DNA of 44,084 nt from a virus (taxonomy: Duplodnaviria; Caudoviricetes). The DNA lies in the IMG/VR virus record IMGVR_UViG_3300012940_000012, positions 1-44,084 of that record. The stretch is one strand, 5' to 3'. Each line of letters starts with the position of its first letter. Within the stretch, counting starts at the first letter, position 1. The position numbers and the translations under genes were made by a program. The notes beneath the pieces were generated by a model. It worked only from the letters and a program-made list of their open reading frames with translations, was not told the DNA's origin and made no database searches. This document shows, piece by piece, positions 1 to 6,009 of the stretch.

Positions 1-46
1 ACTCTTAATCAGCGGGTCGAAGGTTCGAATCCTTCATCACCCACCA
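1..46 (+). tRNA. trnK-CTT: 3' half of tRNA-Lys(CTT); the 5' half presumably lies upstream of the window
   Basis: Anticodon loop CT-CTT-AA, T-arm GAAGG-TTCGAAT-CCTTC, acceptor strand ending in ACCA. Confidence 0.88.
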
Positions 47-47
47 T
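1..47 (+). repeat. att core, left copy
   Basis: 47/47 identity with 44038-44084. Confidence 0.97.
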
Positions 48-108
48 TCTTTTCAAGCACTTGCGTGCCCCGACTTCGCAGCACATAAAAAGAACGTCGA
101 CGTCGCAA

Positions 109-129
109 AAAGTCTCACGTGAGACTTTG
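109..129. promoter_or_regulatory. Candidate integrase arm-type site: perfect 20-bp palindrome AAAGTCTCACGTGAGACTTT
   Basis: Palindrome at 109-128; CGTGAGACTTTG (118-129) recurs at 43957-43968 near the other att. Confidence 0.55.
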
Positions 130-141
130 AAGGGAACGCTC

Positions 142-477
142 ATGTCGATTACCGGAAATCCCCAGGCGCTCGCAGAGTTTCGAGCGCGGCTCGTCGAGGG
201 TGGCGAGCAGTGGGTACGAGATCAAATTGCCATGCGTGTTTGGCGCGACGAGAAGGTGGCATTCGCCACGAGCTGGCTCGAGGAGCAAGCCGGGGCAAGA
301 CAGGCAGCGGCGGACGCGGAAGCCCTCGCCATTGCTCGTAGCGCAAAGGATGCGGCCTGGGAGAGCGCGAGGGAAGCGAGGCGCTCCTCCACCGCCGCGC
401 ACCGATCATTCGTCGTCTCGGTAATTGCAGCACTCATTGCACTCGGAGCGCTCGTGGTGACGTACGTCAAAGGTTAG
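142..477 (+). CDS. Hypothetical protein with C-terminal transmembrane helix (cargo next to att)
   Basis: ATG at 142 after GAAGGGA; helical body; hydrophobic tail VVSVIAALIALGALVVTYV. Confidence 0.7.
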   Translation: MSITGNPQALAEFRARLVEGGEQWVRDQIAMRVWRDEKVAFATSWLEEQAGARQAAADAEALAIARSAKDAAWESAREARRSSTAAHRSFVVSVIAALIALGALVVTYVKG

Positions 478-650
478 AAATCGACGCCTCGCGCCATTTG
501 CACCCTCACGTCGCATCAGAGCCCGACGACGTAACCTCTAATCGCACTAGATTTTTTAACCGAACACGCTTAAAACAATTCGGCCCGTCGCAGCGTTTGC
601 ACCGCTGCGCCGGGCCTAAGTCATCCATTGCATCACCAACGGAGACCTTC

Positions 651-1616
651 ATGACTACATACACCCCTTCGGGGTATGGAGCAATTGCGCTCGGCGCGCT
701 TTGCTCGGCCGGCACCGCCGCCTACCTGCTTCGCGACATCCAACACACCGGCCTGACGCTCGACCATGCGCTGGCGATCATCGTGCTGATCGTCACCATC
801 GGCGCCGGCGTCATGGCCACCAACGCGCTCAAGGCGTGGCACCTGGTCGAGGGCGGCGTGCTCGTGCTCATCGCCGCGCTCGGCGGCTACTACTGCCTGA
901 GCTCCGCCGCCGGCCGCTCGGCCGAGGCGCAGCAGACCTCGACGCTCACCGCTCAGAGCCACAATGGCGGCCGTGAGCGCGCCCAGGCGGCCTACGACCA
1001 GGCCGTCGCGGATCTCGCCAAGGCGAAGGCGAAACTTCAGGCCGAGCGCGACGCCAAGCGCTGCAGCATCTGCAAGCGCGAGAAGCTCGCCGTCGACGAC
1101 GCGCAGAAGGCCGTCGACGCCGCCGACGTCAAGCTGCAGGAGGCGCCGGCGCCGATGCCCGTCAACGTCAAGAACACGAACCTCGCCGCGCTCGCCATGC
1201 TGTTCCCCGCGGTGACGGTCGAGCAGGGCACCATCGTCAAGGCGCTCAACCTGATCGACCCGAACGTGGTGGCGTTCATCCTCGAGGTCGGCGACATCGC
1301 CTTCTGGCATATCGGCCTCGCCCGCCTCGCCGCGCGCCGTCGCCGCCGCCTCGAGGCGAAGGCTCTGGCGCCCGTCGTCATCGCCGAGGCTCCTGCACTC
1401 CCACCGCCGCCGGCGCCGCCAGCGGACCGCGCTGACGCCGGCGATCGCGACGAGCTTCCGGCGCACCGCAAGCAGCGCGAGGCGCGGGCGAAGGTGGTGA
1501 GCTTCGTCGCGGCCTACCGCCGCGAGCACGGCCGCGAGCCCGAGCCGCGCGAGGTCAGGGCCGCAACCGGCCTGCCGCGGGCGACAGCCTGGCGCTACCA
1601 GCGCGCGGCGGTATAG
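651..1616 (+). CDS. Membrane protein: 3 TM, coiled coil with CxxC, TM, Pro-rich linker, C-terminal HTH
   Basis: GGAGA RBS before ATG 651; hydrophobic segments; CSIC; terminal PREVRAATGLPRATAWRY HTH-like motif. Confidence 0.8.
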   Translation: MTTYTPSGYGAIALGALCSAGTAAYLLRDIQHTGLTLDHALAIIVLIVTIGAGVMATNALKAWHLVEGGVLVLIAALGGYYCLSSAAGRSAEAQQTSTLTAQSHNGGRERAQAAYDQAVADLAKAKAKLQAERDAKRCSICKREKLAVDDAQKAVDAADVKLQEAPAPMPVNVKNTNLAALAMLFPAVTVEQGTIVKALNLIDPNVVAFILEVGDIAFWHIGLARLAARRRRRLEAKALAPVVIAEAPALPPPPAPPADRADAGDRDELPAHRKQREARAKVVSFVAAYRREHGREPEPREVRAATGLPRATAWRYQRAAV

Positions 1617-1672
1617 GTGCGGACACAGGAGAGAGGGTGACAACCCTCGGAAGAATTTCGGAAAGCGAGCGC

Positions 1673-1700
1673 AGGGCCCGGAGCGATCCGGGCTCTTTTC
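1673..1700 (+). terminator. Rho-independent terminator
   Basis: GGGCCCGGA-GCGA-TCCGGGCTC stem with GNRA loop followed by TTTT. Confidence 0.75.
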
Positions 1701-1737
1701 ATTTACAGTGCTCCTGACCGAATGACGGGAGGGAGCA

Positions 1738-2220
1738 ATGCAAGATCTGCCGTACTGGCTGAAGGCTTTATCGGCGTTATCAACACCCGCAATCGCGATC
1801 CTCGGCCTCGGGATCGCATGGGCGCAATGGGCGACTTCTCGCTCGAAATTGGTTCTCGATTTGCACAATCAGAGAGCACAGGCGTACGCCAAGTTTGAGG
1901 AGCCGATAAGAGAGGTCCTGCAGGCGGGGAGCTGTGACCTTAGAATTTACTTGAGCTATTGCCGAGCCGAGCGAGACGCTATGTTTCTATTTGGCCGAGA
2001 CGTCACTGACTACATCCGTAAAACTCGCGAGACGCTAAACCAGCTCAGCTACGCAACTACGATGCTCGCTGGAAATCTCGAAGCCCAACAGCGTAATGAC
2101 CTTCTCAAACTGAGCACCGACTGCACCTTAAGAGTATCGGAATTCTGGAAGGAACTGGACACTCTAATGATCCCCTATATGCGGATGGATCAGAAGCTGC
2201 CCTGGACAGTGCGCAAGTAG
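1738..2220 (+). CDS. Membrane-anchored hypothetical protein (moron)
   Basis: GGGAG RBS; N-terminal TM (PAIAILGLGIAWAQW) then helical domain; visibly lower GC than the phage core. Confidence 0.8.
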   Translation: MQDLPYWLKALSALSTPAIAILGLGIAWAQWATSRSKLVLDLHNQRAQAYAKFEEPIREVLQAGSCDLRIYLSYCRAERDAMFLFGRDVTDYIRKTRETLNQLSYATTMLAGNLEAQQRNDLLKLSTDCTLRVSEFWKELDTLMIPYMRMDQKLPWTVRK

Positions 2221-2271
2221 ACTATTAACGCGCCAGCTTCGCGCACAGCACTGCCTTGACTTGCGAAGCGT

Positions 2272-2697
2272 TCATCGGTCCCTCCTGGGATTGCCTTTCA
2301 CGTAGCGCTGCAGCGCCAGATAATGCTTGTCGTCGGCGAGGCCGATGTTGAACTGGCGATCGTCGAACTCGGTCGCGTCGACGAACTCCTCGGAGATCTC
2401 GACGCGTACCGCGCGGATCTTCGTCTTCATGTCCGTCGTGTCGAAGGCGATGTGATAGATGGGCACACCGGCCTTCCGGCGCTGACGCTCGCGCCTGTCC
2501 TTCTCGACATCGAACCGCAGCGCCAATGCCGCTTGCGCGCCCTCTGCCGTGAGATACGTCCAGCCCTCGGTGCGCGCGGCAAGATTGAGCTGGAAAAGCT
2601 CGGCGCGGCCGTCCTTGCTGACGATGTTCCCGTCCCAGGTTGGCCCCTGCAGGAAAAGCTGCAGCAGGCATTCCTGGGCGTTCGGCTTCAAGTCCAT
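2272..2697 (-). CDS. Hypothetical phage protein at the end of the lysis operon
   Basis: Start overlaps the stop of the upstream gene; typical codon usage. Confidence 0.7.
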   Translation of the reverse strand: MDLKPNAQECLLQLFLQGPTWDGNIVSKDGRAELFQLNLAARTEGWTYLTAEGAQAALALRFDVEKDRRERQRRKAGVPIYHIAFDTTDMKTKIRAVRVEISEEFVDATEFDDRQFNIGLADDKHYLALQRYVKGNPRRDR

Positions 2698-3056
2698 CAG
2701 TTCCTCACCACGTTCGGCTGCCAGCCGTCGAGCTTGTCGACGCGCCGCTCGAGCACGCGGACGCGACCGATATCGGGATCGTCAAGCTTGCTCAGACGGC
2801 GATCGAGCTCCTGCACTGCGGGCGCCGACCCGATCAGCCACCAGCCGACCGTGGCGACTGCGGCCAGCCCACACGCGACGCCCGCGATCGCCGGCCAGGT
2901 GATCGCCTGCGGCCGCTTCTGATCGCGCTCGAGCAGCTTGTCGATGCCGGCATTGGCCTTCGACATGTCGAGCTCGATCCGCTCGAGGCGCGCACCCTGA
3001 CGGGCTTGCTCCCTCTCAACCTCGCCGACACGGTTCTCAAGCAGGTCGTGGCTCAT
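2697..3056 (-). CDS. Coiled-coil single-TM protein, possible holin/antiholin
   Basis: ATGA overlap with the o-spanin stop; coiled coil plus TM (WPAIAGVACGLAAVATVGWWLIG); position in the lysis cassette. Confidence 0.55.
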   Translation of the reverse strand: MSHDLLENRVGEVEREQARQGARLERIELDMSKANAGIDKLLERDQKRPQAITWPAIAGVACGLAAVATVGWWLIGSAPAVQELDRRLSKLDDPDIGRVRVLERRVDKLDGWQPNVVRN

Positions 3057-3376
3057 GCCGTGCCCGGCTCCTGAGCTGGCGCCTTCGGCTTCTCCTCCGG
3101 CTTCGGCGCCGGCGGCGCCTCGATATCGCACGGCGCCTTGTAGACCTTGCCGGTGACGCGCGAGTTGAAGGCCGCGATGCCCTGCTGCGCTTCGCAGTAG
3201 TTGTTGTAACGGATCGGCGGATAAGCCCGCTTGGCGCCGGCGTCAGTTGCCGGTGGGGACTTGAGGCCCGGCGAGGTCGCGCCCGACATCAGGCCCGGCG
3301 TAAGGGTCTCGCACCCCGCGCACGCGAGGGTCGCGAGAAGCAGCGCCCAGCTGATCAGCTTTCTTGACGGCTTCAT
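3053..3376 (-). CDS. Putative o-spanin (Rz1-like lipoprotein)
   Basis: Signal peptide with lipobox-like LACAG-C; Pro-rich mature part; starts inside the upstream TM gene in another frame. Confidence 0.7.
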   Translation of the reverse strand: MKPSRKLISWALLLATLACAGCETLTPGLMSGATSPGLKSPPATDAGAKRAYPPIRYNNYCEAQQGIAAFNSRVTGKVYKAPCDIEAPPAPKPEEKPKAPAQEPGTA

Positions 3377-3545
3377 CGTCCTGTCTCCGATTTTCGAGGC
3401 GCTCCTCGAGCCGCCCGACGTGCCGCTGAGACGCGCGGTCGACTTGCCACCAGGTGAACATCGCGGCGAACAGGCCGGCGCCCAGCAGCGCCTTGCCCCA
3501 GCCGTCGAAGAGAAAGTCGGCCGCGCCGCTAAGCAGCTTCCACAT
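3243..3545 (-). CDS. Putative i-spanin (Rz-like)
   Basis: N-terminal TM then charged helical region; directly follows the lysin and overlaps the lipoprotein gene. Confidence 0.65.
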   Translation of the reverse strand: MWKLLSGAADFLFDGWGKALLGAGLFAAMFTWWQVDRASQRHVGRLEERLENRRQDDEAVKKADQLGAASRDPRVRGVRDPYAGPDVGRDLAGPQVPTGN

Positions 3546-4386
3546 TGTCAGCCTCCCACAGCGCGGGATCGTCGGTTGCCGCGGCCGGCGCCTCGGCGAT
3601 CACGCTCTTGCCGCTGTTGTGATCCTCAGTGCGCCACCATCTGATCCAGCCGGCGTTCCACGCCATGCGCACCAGCCAGAACAGGGCGAGCGCGGCGGCG
3701 ATCCACCAGACCTTGCCCCACGAGAACAGCGCGAAATCCTGCATCTGCAGCACGGTCGATTTGAATGCGCCGGCATGGTTGGCGATCGTCTCGACGCCCG
3801 GCAGCTGCTCGGGTGGTTTCGGCAGCATCGTCTCCAGGCCCTGCGATACGCCAGTCTTTGTCGCATCCTTGCGCACGTCGCCGGCGGCATCGGCGATGCG
3901 CGAGACCTGCGCCACCTCCTGCACGCTCACCGGTGCTGGTGGCCAGATGTAGACGTCGGAGGCGTTGCGCTTAAACCAAGCCGTCGAGACGCTATTGCTC
4001 TGGTTGCCGCCCGTGAGCTCGACGTGGGTCTTCGTCCAACTTTTGACGAATGCGATATGGTGGCCGACAACCTTGCCGCTGTTGTCGTACCGCTTCGAAA
4101 TGCGGGCGGCGCCGTAGCGCGGCCCGTCGATGCGCGTGCCGAGCAGCAGCCCCGAGACCGCCAGCAGGATCTTGTCCTTGGGCACCGACGAGATGTCGAC
4201 GCCCGCCTTCATCAGGCACCAGAAATAGAACGCCGCGCACCAGGCGATCTCGTCCGATGTGATGTCGGGGCGGCCGATTGCGGCGAAGTAGGCGACGATA
4301 GACTTGTGCGCCTGGGGGCCGCCGATCTCGGCGACGCTGGCGCCTTCCTGCTCCCCGGCAAATTCCATCCACGGCGTTGCCGACAT
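3529..4386 (-). CDS. Endolysin, TIGR02594-type (NlpC/P60-CHAP-like) with C-terminal TM segment
   Basis: TPWMEFA...DEIAWCAAF (Cys), HIAFV (His), GGNQSNSV motifs; hydrophobic WWIAAALALFWLV near the C terminus. Confidence 0.85.
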   Translation of the reverse strand: MSATPWMEFAGEQEGASVAEIGGPQAHKSIVAYFAAIGRPDITSDEIAWCAAFYFWCLMKAGVDISSVPKDKILLAVSGLLLGTRIDGPRYGAARISKRYDNSGKVVGHHIAFVKSWTKTHVELTGGNQSNSVSTAWFKRNASDVYIWPPAPVSVQEVAQVSRIADAAGDVRKDATKTGVSQGLETMLPKPPEQLPGVETIANHAGAFKSTVLQMQDFALFSWGKVWWIAAALALFWLVRMAWNAGWIRWWRTEDHNSGKSVIAEAPAAATDDPALWEADNVEAA

Positions 4387-4427
4387 CGCTCGCCCTGCCT
4401 CGTTCTGGCCCCGTTCAGCCTGGGGCG

Positions 4428-4462
4428 ATGATAGGCGCAGGAAAGCAGTGGAAAGGCGTAGG
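4428..4462 (-). promoter_or_regulatory. Putative late promoter for the lysis operon (copy 1)
   Basis: Minus strand CCTACGCCTTTCCA-N15-TATCAT; the same architecture occurs at 8766-8800 and 28404-28438. Confidence 0.75.
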
Positions 4463-4517
4463 GCTGACAACGGCGGGGGCGGAGCGTAAGGTCTGGGGGC
4501 AGCCACGAGGGGGCAGA

Positions 4518-4775
4518 ATGACTTTTGATCTCTATACGACCGTCGTTCTCGGCACGGGCTTGCTTGCCATCGTGTGGATCTCGCTCGCCTTCCGCGCGGC
4601 CCCGGAGATTTGGAACCGCTGGTGGGCATGGCGGCCGGTGGACGTCGACGGGCAGCGCCGGCTCTTCACGCACGTGATGCGGCGCCGGACCGGCGACGCG
4701 TGGGAGTATCGCGACCTCAGCCCCGACGAGCTGCGCGAGCACGACGAGGACCGCGCCGACTATCAGACTTGGTGA
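4518..4775 (+). CDS. Small membrane-anchored hypothetical protein (moron)
   Basis: GAGGGGG RBS; N-terminal TM; WWAWRPV motif; opposite strand to the late genes. Confidence 0.7.
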   Translation: MTFDLYTTVVLGTGLLAIVWISLAFRAAPEIWNRWWAWRPVDVDGQRRLFTHVMRRRTGDAWEYRDLSPDELREHDEDRADYQTW

Positions 4776-4875
4776 CCGTGCCCCCAGCGGGCTGGAAAGC
4801 AGTGGATAGTCGTTAGGGGGCGTCCGATTCGCCGCTGTATGGTGCTGCAGGCACAACCGGCATGGGACACCGCGG

Positions 4876-6009
4876 ATGGGGTCGCGCAGCAAATCACTCG
4901 ACGGCCTGCGCGGGATTGCTGCGCTCGCAGTCGTTGTCTACCACTCGGTGCTTGGATTAACGCCGGTCACGGACTTCAACGAGCTGCTTGTGCAGCCCGT
5001 TCATCTGGTGCAGTCGGGTTATGCGTTAGCTACCCGCCTCGTCCTCATGGTCTTCAATGGCAAGCTTGCCGTCGTTTACTTCTTCGTGCTCAGCGGCGCC
5101 GTTCTGATGAAGTCCCTCGTCGACGGACCGCCGCTCAAAGCTTCGACGGCAGCGAAGTTCGCGGTGCGCCGGGTCGCGCGGCTTTATCCGACGCTGATCG
5201 TTTGTCTGCTCGTGTTCTACTTGAGCATCAACGGCCTGCACGTCATCGAGCCAAAGATATTTGCGCAACAGATCCCGTTTAGCTCCCTCGTTGAGAACAG
5301 TCTGCTGACCAAAATCTCGATGCACGGCGCTACCTGGACCTTGCAGGTGGAAGTGCTGATGATCCCCGTAATGCTGTTAGCGGCGCTGCTGTGGCGCGTT
5401 GGCGGCCTCATCGCTCTGGTGCCGCTCGTGGCGTTTGCGTTCTCGATCTACGGATCGAGCGCGTACTTTGCTGCCGAGATCAGCAGCGGAGCGCTGGCCT
5501 TCTTGCTTGGGGCAGTTGCTATCGGGGAGCATGCCGGCCGCGTTGTGCACCGCCTGCCGGCCGCAGCGTGGGCGGTGTTCGCAGGCGCCGCCGTGGCTCT
5601 CCCGCATTTCTTTATGACGACCAATGCATGGGCGCAGTTGGCAACGTTGCTTCTCTGTGCTGCGAGCGTAGCGTGCCTTTACCACGGCCGGGGCGGCGTT
5701 TGTTTGACGTCGCCACCGATGCAAGCGCTCGGCCGCATCAGCTACAGCCTCTATTTGTTCAACGTCGTGCTGATGAACATCTTCATTGCAGCCATCGTCT
5801 ACGTGACAGCTGGAGCATCAGCCAAGCACCCTCTCGAATACGGGATGCTGCTGGCATGCATCACCCTGATCGCATCGATCCCCGTTGCCATCTGGAGCGA
5901 GCGGCTGCTCGAACGGCCATCGATCGAATTCGGCCGATGGATCAGCGGGCAGCGCCTCGCTTTTCGCATTAGGCCCACGGACCGACAGCTGCCGCCGCTG
6001 CAGACGTGA
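4876..6009 (+). CDS. Acyltransferase-3 family O-acyltransferase (OafA/Oac-like), likely surface-polysaccharide modification
   Basis: LDGLRGIAALAVVVYH, AVVYFFVLSG, RRVARLYP, WTLQVE, LGRISYSLYL, LLERP motifs; about 10 TM segments. Confidence 0.93.
   Translation: MGSRSKSLDGLRGIAALAVVVYHSVLGLTPVTDFNELLVQPVHLVQSGYALATRLVLMVFNGKLAVVYFFVLSGAVLMKSLVDGPPLKASTAAKFAVRRVARLYPTLIVCLLVFYLSINGLHVIEPKIFAQQIPFSSLVENSLLTKISMHGATWTLQVEVLMIPVMLLAALLWRVGGLIALVPLVAFAFSIYGSSAYFAAEISSGALAFLLGAVAIGEHAGRVVHRLPAAAWAVFAGAAVALPHFFMTTNAWAQLATLLLCAASVACLYHGRGGVCLTSPPMQALGRISYSLYLFNVVLMNIFIAAIVYVTAGASAKHPLEYGMLLACITLIASIPVAIWSERLLERPSIEFGRWISGQRLAFRIRPTDRQLPPLQT

Noticed and set aside
556-573. CtrA box upstream of the 651-1616 gene
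   Set aside because: Spacing is TTAA-N10-TTAA rather than N7
498-650. Extended N termini from the ORF track (also 61-141, 4387-4629, 20750-21145, 23154-23531, 25393-25536, 31132-31353, 38506-38991)
   Set aside because: Downstream starts have an RBS or stop/start coupling; the extensions overlap other genes or regulatory DNA
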